A stretch of DNA of 64,000 nucleotides from Patescibacteria group bacterium (GCA_038065815.1 JBBTQF010000012.1:1663-65662); one strand, 5' to 3'. Counted from the first letter of the stretch, positions 36,112 to 47,134 are shown. Numbers and translations: made by a program. The notes: generated by a model not told the origin, from the letters alone.

Positions 36112-37042
36112 ACATACGAAGCCACTCCACCGTTCTCTTCAGTCCTTCGTCAAGTGGCACTTTCGCTGCCCAACCAAGAACTTTTCGAGCCAAACGCACA
36201 TCGAGCACCGAGCGCATGATCTCGCCTGGATTGGCCGCCATATGCTTTTCAAGAGCTTCACTCGCGGTCATCTTTTTGAGTTTACGAAATAGCACGTTGA
36301 CGTCCGTCTCTTTGCCGGTACCAATGTTAAAAATCCCGCTCAAGGATTTATCCATCGCCAACACAGCCGCTCGCACGCAATCCTCAACGTAGACAAAATC
36401 GCGCGTCTGTTTTCCAGAGCCAAAAATCTTAGCAGGCTTCCCCGTCAACATAGCCTGGGCAAAAATCGAGACAACCCCTCCTTCCCCACCGCCATCCTGT
36501 CGTGGTCCATAAACGTTCGCGTAACGCAACGCCACAAATGGAATACCATAAACCTCGCGACTAAAATTGAAATAGAGTTCTCCGGCGCGTTTTGCAACGC
36601 CGTATGGCGAGACAGGCTCATCAACAACTTCTTCAGACCACGGGGCTTTGTGTTTGTGTGAATCCGCGTACATTGCCCCGCCAGTTGAGGCGAAGACAAA
36701 TTTTTTCACGCCGGCTTTTTGTCCTGCTTCAATAAGGGCGAGCGTCCCGAGCACATTGACCTCGGCGTCATAAATTGGATTCTTAAGCGATTCGCGCACA
36801 TTTTTGAGCGCGGCATAATGGAAAATAATGTCCGGCTGAATTTTCTTCACGACAGCAGTGAGCTTCGGACTTGTTATTGACATCTGAATAAACTCCGCGT
36901 TCGGATTCACAAACGCTTTTTTGCCGTACGATAAATCATCGAGCACCACTACTTTGATACGACGCCGAATTAGCGCGTCAACAAGGTGTGAGCCGATAAA
37001 TCCCGCGCCACCGGTCACCAATGCTTTTTTATACATTGCCAT
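36089..37042 (-). CDS. NAD-dependent epimerase/dehydratase (UDP-glucose 4-epimerase-like).
   Basis: The Rossmann motif is VTGGAGFIGSHLV and the catalytic YxxxK region is present (YGVAKRAGE). The length is 317 aa. Confidence 0.7.
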   Translation of the reverse strand: MAMYKKALVTGGAGFIGSHLVDALIRRRIKVVVLDDLSYGKKAFVNPNAEFIQMSITSPKLTAVVKKIQPDIIFHYAALKNVRESLKNPIYDAEVNVLGTLALIEAGQKAGVKKFVFASTGGAMYADSHKHKAPWSEEVVDEPVSPYGVAKRAGELYFNFSREVYGIPFVALRYANVYGPRQDGGGEGGVVSIFAQAMLTGKPAKIFGSGKQTRDFVYVEDCVRAAVLAMDKSLSGIFNIGTGKETDVNVLFRKLKKMTASEALEKHMAANPGEIMRSVLDVRLARKVLGWAAKVPLDEGLKRTVEWLRMYENKKCS

Positions 37043-37043
37043 A

Positions 37044-38139
37044 TTATAATTTTTTTACGCTCCAGCGCAGATACGCCTCCACAAATCCATCGAGCTCACC
37101 ATTGAGCACGGCTTGCGCATCTGCTGTCTCGAAATCTGTACGATGATCCTTCACGAGTTTGTAAGGATGCAATACATACGATCGCGCTTGATTTCCCCAC
37201 TCCGCGCTGGTGTACTCTCCGCGCAACGCCTGTTTCTCTTTTCGTTGTTCCTGAAGCGCCAACTGATGCAGTTTGGATTTGAGCACCTTGAGCGCTGTCT
37301 CCTTATTTTGCAACTGCGAACGCTCGTTCTGGCAACTCACCGTGATACCGGTTGGAATGTGCACAACACGCACGGCTGAATACGTCGTCTGCACGCTCTG
37401 CCCTCCATGTCCGCCAGCGAGAAATGTATCAATGCGCAAATCCTTCGGATCAATCTCCATCTCTTTAAGATTTTCAAACTCTGGCAGAACCTCGACAAGC
37501 GCAAAAGTAGTATGACGCATCTTCTCTGCATCGAAAGGCGAAATGCGCACAAGCCGATGCACACCAGCCTCTGATTTTAAATAACCAAAGGCATAACGTC
37601 CAACGACTCGTAGCATCACACTCTTGATCCCCGCCTCCTCCCCGCGTGATTCAGAAAGCACATCAATACGCATCCCTTTTCGCTCCACGTAACGCATGTA
37701 CATACGTAGGAGCATTTCTGTCCAATCGTTTGCCTCTGTTCCGCCACTACCAGCATGAATCGCGATAATCGCGTTACTCGGATCATGCTCACCAGAAAAT
37801 AATGTTTGAAACTCAAGCCTAGAGAATCGTTCTACAAGATCGCGCGTTTTTCCTTCAATCTCTTCTTTGAGACTCGAATCGTCCAATCGTTCTAGCTCCA
37901 TGAGCTCTTCGAGCTCCTTATGAAGCGTCTCCCATGTCTCAATCTCACGACGAAGATCCGCAGTCTGCTGACTCACATCCGCAGCCCTGCGCGTATCTAC
38001 CCAAAAATCCGCCATCGCCATTGTCGCTTCGAGCTCTATGAGCTCGGCCTTTTTCTTTGGAAGGTCAAAGCAACCCCCACGTTTGGTGGAGGCGATGTTG
38101 GAGTGTCGTTAAGGTATTAGAGCTTAATCTCTCGAGCAT
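37044..38139 (-). CDS. prfB: Peptide chain release factor 2 with a programmed +1 ribosomal frameshift.
   Basis: The main ORF (37044..38021) carries the GGQ motif (AGGHGGQSVQTT) and the RF2 SPF motif (RISPFDAEKMRHTTFA). Upstream, the short frame-0 ORF MLERLSSNTLTTLQHRLHQTWGLL ends in CTT TGA C (38065-38070). It is preceded by an internal Shine-Dalgarno GGGGG (38074-38078), 3 nt away. A +1 shift at CTT-T joins it to the main frame. The ATG is at 38137-38139. Confidence 0.8.
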
Positions 38140-38464
38140 ACTTTCCAAAGAACGGCATTTCCCAATACTTGCCTGCAAGGGCGTTCATAATACCGAGGAT
38201 CGCCAGAATAAGTAGCGTAATCCATAAAATCAACATCACCAACCAGCCGAGGATTGGAATGAGGCCGAGAATGAAGCTCGCAAACCACAAAAGTACCGAG
38301 GCGATGGTGAGCACAAGGCCTTGCTTGCCGTGAAATTGGGCGAATTTAGAGTCTTTACGCATCGTTAGTGGTAATAGACAGAGAATAAACAGATAGCCGA
38401 CGGCGGCAATGATGCGGTTGTATCGAATGTCTGGGTCGTGAAATTTTTGTGGTTGCATAAGCAA
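38117..38464 (-). CDS. Small multi-TM membrane protein, DUF4870-like.
   Basis: The 115 aa contain an FHGKQGL motif and three hydrophobic helices. It overlaps the prfB leader ORF by 23 nt. Confidence 0.45.
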   Translation of the reverse strand: MLMQPQKFHDPDIRYNRIIAAVGYLFILCLLPLTMRKDSKFAQFHGKQGLVLTIASVLLWFASFILGLIPILGWLVMLILWITLLILAILGIMNALAGKYWEMPFFGKYAREIKL

Positions 38465-38467
38465 AAG

Positions 38468-38497
38468 GCGGGGGAAACCCCGCCTTTAGGATAGCAT
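38468..38497 (-). terminator. Rho-independent terminator of groEL (AAAGGCGGGG-gaaa-CCCCGCCTTT followed by TTTTGC on the minus strand).
   Basis: A perfect 10-bp GC-rich stem lies directly after the groEL stop and is followed by a T-tract on the coding strand. Confidence 0.6.
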
Positions 38498-40132
<1,635 letters not shown>

Positions 40133-40155
40133 TCATTAAGTCGTAGAGTCCGGAG

Positions 40156-40443
40156 CTACTCGATAATTGCGACGACATCGTCCATGCGAATCACGAGATA
40201 TTCTTGGTCGTCAACTTTGATTTCATCAGGCGCATATTTCTTAAACACGACCTTATCCCCGATCTTCACCTCCATGCTAGAGCGTGAGCCATTATCAAGC
40301 ACCTTGCCCGGACCAACAGCGATCACCTCACCGCGCTCCTGACGTTCCTTATCAACGGTATCAGGCAAAATAATCCCCGATTTTGTCACCTCTTCTTTGG
40401 AAAGACCACGGACAATTACATGATCACCTAGCGGTTTCAACAT
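40156..40443 (-). CDS. groES: Co-chaperonin GroES.
   Basis: The 95 aa begin MLKPLGDHVIVR and carry a GxxxxxGxxxL mobile loop. It lies immediately upstream of groEL. Confidence 0.9.
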   Translation of the reverse strand: MLKPLGDHVIVRGLSKEEVTKSGIILPDTVDKERQERGEVIAVGPGKVLDNGSRSSMEVKIGDKVVFKKYAPDEIKVDDQEYLVIRMDDVVAIIE

Positions 40444-40502
40444 AACTATAAAATAATGAGTTAGGTACCCTATTTAGACATAATTAAGCATAGTTCGTCA
40501 AG

Positions 40503-40665
40503 GGGGTCTGTCGCCAAATGTGCTTTTGATACGAAACTTCAGATGTTCGAGACAGAATTGCTGAATAAACTTTGCGGTTTAACTATAGTTAAGCCAAAAA
40601 GTTTTGAAGCGATTATGGCCGGACAGATGAGGTTGTAGTCAAAATGACATTTGGCGACAGACCCC
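40503..40665. repeat. An 18-bp perfect inverted repeat (GGGGTCTGTCGCCAAATG / CATTTGGCGACAGACCCC) flanks a 127-bp spacer. The spacer contains the perfect 14-bp palindrome TTAACTATAGTTAA (40579-40592). The element sits in the groES upstream region.
   Basis: Seen directly. No CIRCE (TTAGCACTC-N9-GAGTGCTAA) is present. Confidence 0.5.
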
Positions 40666-40685
40666 AAGGGTAGAAAAACGACAAG

Positions 40686-40722
40686 ACACGAGGGAGTGCC
40701 TCGTGTCGTGGTTAGATCGAAA
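40686..40722 (-). terminator. Terminator of the 40730..41113 gene (GACACGAGG-gagtg-CCTCGTGTC followed by GTCGTTTTTCT on the minus strand).
   Basis: A perfect 9-bp stem lies next to the stop and is followed by a T-run. Confidence 0.5.
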
Positions 40723-40729
40723 AGAATGA

Positions 40730-41113
40730 TCATTGATGATGGATGCAGAGGAGGATGTCGGCCACCTCGCAGGATGACGTCATTGCGATTCGGATTTTAT
40801 CCGACCCCGCGTAGACGACGAGCGGAAGGAAGTCCTTGTCGAAGAGACCAGCACACGGCACTACCTTCACGCCCCTCATGTCGTGACTCATACGGGCAAA
40901 AACACGCTCCAGCAGTTTGCACGACTCGCCAGCGCTGTCAGTGTAGATCTCTTCACGGACACGAGTGAATCGTTCCGCGAGTTCCGTGATTACCGAAGAA
41001 GCGTTGTGGCGGATGAAGATACGAAAGACGTCCACTTTGGTTTTCATGGTGCCTCCAAGGACGAGACGGTTATATCGTAAAACACCCGCGTAGTCAAGAG
41101 TGTGTGTGATCAT
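40730..41113 (-). CDS. Hypothetical protein of 127 aa.
   Basis: It is an ORF with its own terminator. No motif is recognised. Confidence 0.35.
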   Translation of the reverse strand: MITHTLDYAGVLRYNRLVLGGTMKTKVDVFRIFIRHNASSVITELAERFTRVREEIYTDSAGESCKLLERVFARMSHDMRGVKVVPCAGLFDKDFLPLVVYAGSDKIRIAMTSSCEVADILLCIHHQ

Positions 41114-42353
41114 CAGAAAGCCGTAGTGTCATTGCCATAGAAAAGGCAAGAAGAGCAAGGCCACTCCAAGAACTCCATAAATAGTGATCGAGCATGGCAA
41201 CAACCAGTAGAATGGTTCCAAAACCGATGGCTGTAATCGCGCGTACCGAGCCACGACGAATTGCTGTGTAATTAATTTTATCTATACTCCATGCCCACGC
41301 AAACAAGACAAGAGCTACAACAAAACCGACTTCGACAAGAATGAGTAGCAGGCTGTTGTGAATTGGCTGATAACTCCACTCTGGTTTGCCGGGATTGAGC
41401 TGTTCAAGCGCGAGCGGATAACCACCGACACCTATGCCAGTGAACGGTTGCTGAAGAAACACATCTGGAAACTGTTGATACTCACTCGTGCGCTCTGCGA
41501 GAGAGCGGGCCTCAAGACGAAGTTCGGGCGAAAAGCGAGAAAAAACAGGATCTGCAAAGACGCCGACGAATATAGCAAGCAACAACAACGTGAGCGAAAG
41601 AAATGGGAGTCCTGCCACAGCACGCACGCGATTTTTCCAGAGTAGCAGTGAGCCAGAGACAAGCAGAGCAAGAAAAAACGCGAGCCACGCGGAGCGAGAA
41701 AAAGAAATAACAAGAGCAAAAGAAAAAATGGAGAGCAGAGAGAGAAAAATTATTTTGTAGTGGCGAGGTCTCCTAGACTGTCGCGAAAGAAGCGCCAAGA
41801 TGCAGAACAGCGCGGTGGCGACGTACCCGCCAAACACGTTCGGATGATCAAACGTGCCATACGCACGCAACCAACGACTGGCTGTGCCTTCGATGACTGA
41901 TGTCCCAAGCATGTTTACGTCATGCTCCGCAAGACCAAACCAGCTCGATGAAAACGCGTCGCCAGTCAACACCTGATAAATCCCGATCCCGATTGGAATT
42001 AAAAGACCGAGACAGAAAGTGTGAAGCACTCTCAACGGCTGTACACGTTGATCAAGCAGGAGTAAAAAAAACAACGCCGCGAATAACAAATGCAACCACA
42101 GAAAAAAGGAAAGCTCGCGGTTTATTGCAAAGACGACGGACACGAGACTCGCAAGAAGTACAAAACCGAGCCAGCGCGCGGGAATTTGATGTTCCTTACG
42201 AATATGGAGCCTCAACCCAAAGAAAAATGTAACTAAAATCAACAACTCAACAGTATAAATACTAGTCACGCCATCATCAAAAATGTAGCGCGTCTGCCAC
42301 GGAAGCAAAAAAAGAATGAGTAAGACTAGACGCTCAAACATATCGCTTTCCAA
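41094..42353 (-). CDS. O-antigen-ligase / Wzy_C-like polytopic membrane protein.
   Basis: The 419 aa have about 10 TM helices with a larger periplasmic loop, an arrangement typical of the WaaL/O-antigen polymerase family. Confidence 0.45.
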   Translation of the reverse strand: MESDMFERLVLLILFLLPWQTRYIFDDGVTSIYTVELLILVTFFFGLRLHIRKEHQIPARWLGFVLLASLVSVVFAINRELSFFLWLHLLFAALFFLLLLDQRVQPLRVLHTFCLGLLIPIGIGIYQVLTGDAFSSSWFGLAEHDVNMLGTSVIEGTASRWLRAYGTFDHPNVFGGYVATALFCILALLSRQSRRPRHYKIIFLSLLSIFSFALVISFSRSAWLAFFLALLVSGSLLLWKNRVRAVAGLPFLSLTLLLLAIFVGVFADPVFSRFSPELRLEARSLAERTSEYQQFPDVFLQQPFTGIGVGGYPLALEQLNPGKPEWSYQPIHNSLLLILVEVGFVVALVLFAWAWSIDKINYTAIRRGSVRAITAIGFGTILLVVAMLDHYLWSSWSGLALLAFSMAMTLRLSDDHTHS

Positions 42354-43270
42354 CGACGCAAAAACTCTTCACGCCGATCGTTAGGATGAAACTTGAGCAT
42401 ATCGTCTGTCACGATGACGCGAGTGTCGAGATTTGCCACAGATTGAAGTTCTGATGGAAGACGGCGACGCTGAAGGATACGCGCGAGAGATTCAAAAATG
42501 TTCCTCCCAACGCGCTTACCAATGGCGTGACAGTTAGTTGGTTTATAAACGCGCCGAGCAGAGGCAAGACGCACGCCGAAACTGTTCGGAAATAATCCGT
42601 TCACCCATCCATTCTCGTGCACAAAATACTCAAAAAGACCATGATCAAACAACGGAACGCAGGAACGAATCCATTGAGCAAGATATAAATCACTTTTATG
42701 CAAACGGAGTGAGGAAAAATCGCGATGTGTCTCGCTTACAAAAAAACTAAAACAGAAAGGATCAATCACCCCAGTCGCGGGACGGCGACCAAACAACGCA
42801 AAAGGTGCGATCGTCAGAAGCCGTGTCAGCCACAAGGTGCCAGCACGCGTTATCACAAATAGATCAATGTCGCTCTCCGATTTAGTATTCGACCACGCCA
42901 ACGTGTTGCAGGCGATGACCGCCCGAATACTTGGAATGCGAGATAGATAGATAAGCGCGCGTTGCAAACAATGATATTTTCTACTCGCAAAAATGAAGCG
43001 CCTATGACGCAAAGCGGTCAGCTCTCTCACATTACTCAAGATAAAAAATCCGCCTTCTCGTTCGACTCGCTGAAAAAGCCAATCGCTCGTTTCAAGAACT
43101 TCTGTGACCTGTTCCAGCCGATACGGAGTCAAAGGTTCAATGAGCCATTTCCAAATCTCAAAGGATGTGACTGGAAACTCAAAAAGCGAAAACCAAGCAA
43201 CGGTTCGGAAAATCGCGCGTTCAAGATCCGTTTGGTTGAGCCTTAACTCGACCATACCCTTTGAACACAA
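42326..43270 (-). CDS. Hypothetical protein of 314 aa, possibly a nucleotidyltransferase-fold protein.
   Basis: SDIDLFVITRAG resembles a pol-beta NTase DxD segment. This is weak. Confidence 0.3.
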   Translation of the reverse strand: MCSKGMVELRLNQTDLERAIFRTVAWFSLFEFPVTSFEIWKWLIEPLTPYRLEQVTEVLETSDWLFQRVEREGGFFILSNVRELTALRHRRFIFASRKYHCLQRALIYLSRIPSIRAVIACNTLAWSNTKSESDIDLFVITRAGTLWLTRLLTIAPFALFGRRPATGVIDPFCFSFFVSETHRDFSSLRLHKSDLYLAQWIRSCVPLFDHGLFEYFVHENGWVNGLFPNSFGVRLASARRVYKPTNCHAIGKRVGRNIFESLARILQRRRLPSELQSVANLDTRVIVTDDMLKFHPNDRREEFLRRWKAICLSV

Positions 43271-43961
43271 TCATCTGTTGACCAATGGAAAACAGATTCG
43301 ACATAAGCCAGTATAATGCCAGACCGCCTGGCAACGAAGCACCAATAAGCACAGTGAGCACAGGCATAAAATATGTCATGGAACGATTCATCGCCACCAT
43401 CATTTCTTCGTCCTTTGAGCCGGTACTGCCCTCAACTGGTTTTGGTGGCTTCTGACGTGGCAACATCTTCGCCTGCACAAACTGCACAGCACCTGCAAGC
43501 ACGGCAAGCAGAATGCTCGGAGTCGTGAGATTAAACGTGTTCAAAAACATGCCGTCTATATGACCCGGATTTTGCACAAAATTGTAGAGCACGTCAAAAT
43601 TTGCTGTTCCTAATCCGTCCATCAACACTTTATACAGCACAATCAGAATCGGCAGTTGAACAATTAACGGCAAACACGACGCCAGCGGATTCACCTTCTC
43701 CTGCTTGTACAACTCCATCATCGCCTTTGCCTGTTCCTGTTTGTCAGTGTATTTCGCCTTGAGTTCCTTAATCTTCGGTTGTAGTTGTTGCATTGCGCGT
43801 TGCGACACAAGTGTCTTGTGCGAAAGTGGCGCAAGCAAAAATTTGAGTATGATCGTCAAAACGATGATCGCAAATCCAATGTCATTGCCCGGAAGCACAT
43901 CATACAACCAGACAAGCAGGTTAAACATTGGCTGATAGAGAATCGTGAAAAAAGGCGACAT
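43221..43961 (-). CDS. yidC: Membrane protein insertase YidC/Oxa1 (short, Gram-positive/CPR-type).
   Basis: The 246 aa have five TM segments and the conserved region LLAPLSHKTLVSQRAMQQLQPKIKELKAKY...ELYKQEKVNPLASCLPLIVQLPI. Confidence 0.75.
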   Translation of the reverse strand: MSPFFTILYQPMFNLLVWLYDVLPGNDIGFAIIVLTIILKFLLAPLSHKTLVSQRAMQQLQPKIKELKAKYTDKQEQAKAMMELYKQEKVNPLASCLPLIVQLPILIVLYKVLMDGLGTANFDVLYNFVQNPGHIDGMFLNTFNLTTPSILLAVLAGAVQFVQAKMLPRQKPPKPVEGSTGSKDEEMMVAMNRSMTYFMPVLTVLIGASLPGGLALYWLMSNLFSIGQQMIVFKGYGRVKAQPNGS

Positions 43962-43967
43962 AGCGAA

Positions 43968-45167
43968 TTACTCTTGCATTTGAGTTACCTCAATATTTTC
44001 TTCCGCGACTTTTTCCTCACCAGCAATATTAATTTTCCACTCTGTGAGTTTTGCCGCGAGGCGCACGTTCTGTCCACCGCGACCAATAGCAAGAGAAAGT
44101 TGATCTGCCACCACTTTCACCGTCGCTGTTTTCTCTTCTGAATTGAGTTCAACTGCAAGCACTTTCGCCGGCGAAAGTGCTGCCATAATGAACGCCTTCG
44201 AATCTTCATTCCACTCAATGATGTCAACTTTTTCTCCGCCAAGCTCGGCGATGATCGTCTGAATGCGCGTGCCACGCTGGCCGATGCAGGCGCCAACCGG
44301 ATCAATGGCGTCATCAGACGTCCATACGGCGACTTTCGAGCGAGAACCGGCTTCGCGGGCAATGCCTTTGACTACCACGCTTCCATCACCAATTTCAGGT
44401 ATCTCCATCTCGAACAGACGGCGAACAAACTCTTCGCTGGCGCGTGTGACAAGCAACTCCGGTCCGCGTGCTCCAAGCTCCACCTCGCGCAAAAGAACTT
44501 TGATGCGATCGCCGGTGTTATAACGCTCGGTCGGCACTTGGTCTTCGGATCTCATCACGCCTGTCGCGCGACCAATATCCACGAGCACGATATGCCCTTC
44601 GCGTCGCTGTACCGTGCCGTTCAAAATCTGCCCCTTCTCATCCTTGAATTCCTTAAAGATAATTTCACGTTCGGCCTCACGCAACTTCTGCGTGACCACC
44701 TGCTTGGCGGTCTGTGCGGCCATGCGACCAAACGCGCCCGGCACGACGAGCTCCATACGAATCACCTTACCAAGCTCTGTCTCATCATCAATCAATCGGG
44801 CCTGCAAAAGCATAATTTCTGTTTTTGGATTGAAACGCTTCTGCTCTTCCTCCGACTTTGGCTGTAATTCAGCAGGCACTTCGGCACCGGGCGACAATGC
44901 CGCGAGCGCCTCTTTGCGAGTTACCTCTTCCTGATGCTGACGCTCAAGTTCTTCATCGGAGATATCTTCGACAACAATCTTCACATCAAAAGCGCGAATC
45001 TTTCCAGACTCGGGATCAAATTCCGTTTCGACGTTCTGATTTTTCTCGCCAAAATCTTTACGATAAGCGGCGGCGAGCGCGGCCTCAATTGTCTTAAGCA
45101 CGTCGTCGTACGCAAGACCTTTTTCGTCGCAAATCTGCCGGATCGCTTGTTCAATGAGACTGGACAT
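43968..45167 (-). CDS. nusA: Transcription termination/antitermination factor NusA.
   Basis: The 399 aa have an N-terminal domain, S1 and tandem KH domains, ending GQRGTRIQTIIAELGGEKVDII...GRGGQNVRLAAKLTEWKIN. Confidence 0.85.
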   Translation of the reverse strand: MSSLIEQAIRQICDEKGLAYDDVLKTIEAALAAAYRKDFGEKNQNVETEFDPESGKIRAFDVKIVVEDISDEELERQHQEEVTRKEALAALSPGAEVPAELQPKSEEEQKRFNPKTEIMLLQARLIDDETELGKVIRMELVVPGAFGRMAAQTAKQVVTQKLREAEREIIFKEFKDEKGQILNGTVQRREGHIVLVDIGRATGVMRSEDQVPTERYNTGDRIKVLLREVELGARGPELLVTRASEEFVRRLFEMEIPEIGDGSVVVKGIAREAGSRSKVAVWTSDDAIDPVGACIGQRGTRIQTIIAELGGEKVDIIEWNEDSKAFIMAALSPAKVLAVELNSEEKTATVKVVADQLSLAIGRGGQNVRLAAKLTEWKINIAGEEKVAEENIEVTQMQE

Positions 45168-45251
45168 AATAACTTCTTAACAAATTGAACCCGTCTAGCC
45201 TGACGAGTTCTGTCTATGGAAGGATACCACAAGCCGTAATGACGCGCAACC

Positions 45252-45611
45252 TCATACGCCTTTAAGGTGGACTAAATTATACTGCTCTCCCGGCAATGTA
45301 GAGATGGCAATGACATCAAAGCGATAAAGTCGCTCGCTCCAATTGCGCTCTTCCAAAAAACATTCGGCGCTAGCCTCCAAGTGTCGGAGTTTCTGTGGCG
45401 TCACGGAATCTTCTGGATAACCACTACCCAGCGATTGTCGCGTCTTTACCTCAACAAAAACTACCTCGCCCTCTGTTCTGTCCAAACACACCAGATCAAT
45501 CTCTCCAAATGGCGAGCGCCACTGCGTATCAAGGATGTCGTACCCGAGTGAAGCAAGAAATCGAGCTGCTTCCTCTTCGCCTTGATTTCCAAACCTTCGC
45601 CGCTCGTCCAT
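45252..45611 (-). CDS. yraN: YraN/UPF0102-family endonuclease-like protein.
   Basis: EEAARFLASLGYDILDTQWRSPFGEIDLVCLD...VVFVEVKTR is the YraN signature. The probable start is MDERRRFG at 45611; the listed ORF extends to 45686. Confidence 0.6.
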   Translation of the reverse strand: MDERRRFGNQGEEEAARFLASLGYDILDTQWRSPFGEIDLVCLDRTEGEVVFVEVKTRQSLGSGYPEDSVTPQKLRHLEASAECFLEERNWSERLYRFDVIAISTLPGEQYNLVHLKGV

Positions 45612-45612
45612 A

Positions 45613-46029
45613 TTATTTCTTTGGCTTTGGCAGATATTTTTCACGAATAGCCCGTTCGGCCATGTTGGCGCGCTCCGCTGGCACAATTTTTTTCACCCAA
45701 CGCACGATAAAACCGAGCCAAACAAGGAAACCAGCCCCCAACAGCAAAAACCACAATCGCATACCAAGAAATGGAATCTGTTGATAGGTGAAAAAAAAGA
45801 AAACTAATCCAGCAATCCCCATTGTAACGCATAACTGTCCGATACGACGGAACAGACCGAGAGTGAAGCGGTCCTCGGTACGACGAGTGGCAACGACGCG
45901 AACGATCACTCCAAACGTAAAGAGGATAGCAAACAACGCGAACAAGAGCCTTGAACTGCCAGCAAGAAGCGGGCTGGGGTCGCGGTCAAACCAGAACGAG
46001 GATGAGATCAATGGGCGAATGTCGAACAT
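45613..46029 (-). CDS. Hypothetical membrane protein of 138 aa with three or four TM segments.
   Basis: It is a hydrophobic ORF whose stop overlaps the yraN start. Confidence 0.4.
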   Translation of the reverse strand: MFDIRPLISSSFWFDRDPSPLLAGSSRLLFALFAILFTFGVIVRVVATRRTEDRFTLGLFRRIGQLCVTMGIAGLVFFFFTYQQIPFLGMRLWFLLLGAGFLVWLGFIVRWVKKIVPAERANMAERAIREKYLPKPKK

Positions 46030-46036
46030 AAAAAAA

Positions 46037-46582
46037 TTATTTGCGAAAAACTAAACCCCAATGATACTGCCCTGCCTTGAACGAATGGTCAAGTTGAAAG
46101 CCGAATCGAGTGAAAAGATCACCCACGAGCTCCTTACCAACACGCTGATCAATTGGAGGACCAATTGGTGTCTTGCTGGTCAACCAATCCACGACGACAA
46201 GCGCCCCATCACTCTTGAGCGTGCGCTTTATCTCCTTAACGAGCAGTTCACGATTTTTTACAAGATAAAAATTGTTGACGAGGAGGATCGTATCCAAACT
46301 AGCGTCAGTAACACGCACACCGCCAATGCGTTCAATGTCGCCCCATAAAGGCTCAATGTTGGTAAAGCCATTCAGGCTGGCGTAACTTCGTATGGAGGTG
46401 ATGACTTGTTTTTGAATATCAACCGCATACACGCGCCCCTTCGGCCCGACAGCCGTAGCGGCAGGAAAAACAAAATGGCCACCGGGGCCACAACCAAAAT
46501 CTGCGACAACAAATCCTTCGCGCAAATGCGCCTCTCGCAAAATGCATCGAGCGTCTAACAACATCGAGGATGAGAACACCAT
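46037..46582 (-). CDS. Class I SAM-dependent methyltransferase.
   Basis: Motif I is VVADFGCGPGGH and the acidic post-I residue is YAVDI. The length is 181 aa. Confidence 0.6.
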   Translation of the reverse strand: MVFSSSMLLDARCILREAHLREGFVVADFGCGPGGHFVFPAATAVGPKGRVYAVDIQKQVITSIRSYASLNGFTNIEPLWGDIERIGGVRVTDASLDTILLVNNFYLVKNRELLVKEIKRTLKSDGALVVVDWLTSKTPIGPPIDQRVGKELVGDLFTRFGFQLDHSFKAGQYHWGLVFRK

Positions 46583-46596
46583 AGAGACCTCTGTAG

Positions 46597-46851
46597 TTAT
46601 TCAAGCGAGGAAAACATAGGGCCAAACACGCTGATTACCATTCCCTGAAGAATATTAGTCGCAATGAATACGCCAAGAAAACATAAAGCGACTCCAATGA
46701 GTTTGTAAAACAGGCGACTACCACCCTCAAAACCTAAATGTTGCTCTGCAAATGTGCTACGGCCAAAAAAACTCAAATAAGCCTCCGTCTTCCACACCAT
46801 GTGAAATCCAACAGCTGTAATAAGAAGACCTAAAATAATGCGACCGACCAT
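46597..46851 (-). CDS. Small membrane protein of 84 aa.
   Basis: It has two hydrophobic helices and is weakly supported. Confidence 0.3.
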   Translation of the reverse strand: MVGRIILGLLITAVGFHMVWKTEAYLSFFGRSTFAEQHLGFEGGSRLFYKLIGVALCFLGVFIATNILQGMVISVFGPMFSSLE

Positions 46852-46877
46852 ACCGCCTCAAGTATACCAAAAATGAT

Positions 46878-46954
46878 TGGTGGGCGCTGTAGGGCTCGAA
46901 CCTACGACCTTCGCGGTGTAAACGCGACGCTCTAACCAACTGAGCTAAGCGCCC
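46878..46954 (-). tRNA. tRNA-Val (anticodon TAC), CCA encoded.
   Basis: The reverse complement reads GGGCGCTTAGCTCAGTTGGTTAGAGCGTCGCGTTTACACCGCGAAGGTCGTAGGTTCGAGCCCTACAGCGCCCACCA. This shows a 7-bp acceptor stem, GTTCGAG T-loop, and anticodon loop TTTACAC. Confidence 0.85.
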
Positions 46955-47015
46955 TGACAGCAGTAGCGTACAGGGGCTTGTCAGAGGCGTCAAAATGATT
47001 TAGCATCATCCACAC

Positions 47016-47099
47016 GCGGACGTGGTGAAATGGTAGACACGCTGGCTCGAGGGGCCAGTGCCGCAAGGCGTGGAGGTTCGAGTCCTCTCGTCCGCACCA
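47016..47099 (+). tRNA. tRNA-Leu (anticodon GAG) with a long variable arm, CCA encoded.
   Basis: The sequence is GCGGACGTGGTGAAATGGTAGACACGCTGGCTCGAGGGGCCAGTGCCGCAAGGCGTGGAGGTTCGAGTCCTCTCGTCCGCACCA. It has a 3-bp D-stem and a 13-nt variable arm typical of Leu, and the anticodon loop reads TCGAGGG. Confidence 0.75.
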
Positions 47100-47134
47100 A
47101 AACATTGATTCCAATTTGGAATCAATGTTTTTTT

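Noticed and set aside
40444-40730. A CIRCE/HrcA operator upstream of groES.
   Set aside because: I searched by eye for TTAGCACTC-N9-GAGTGCTAA and close variants and found none. A different palindromic element is reported instead.
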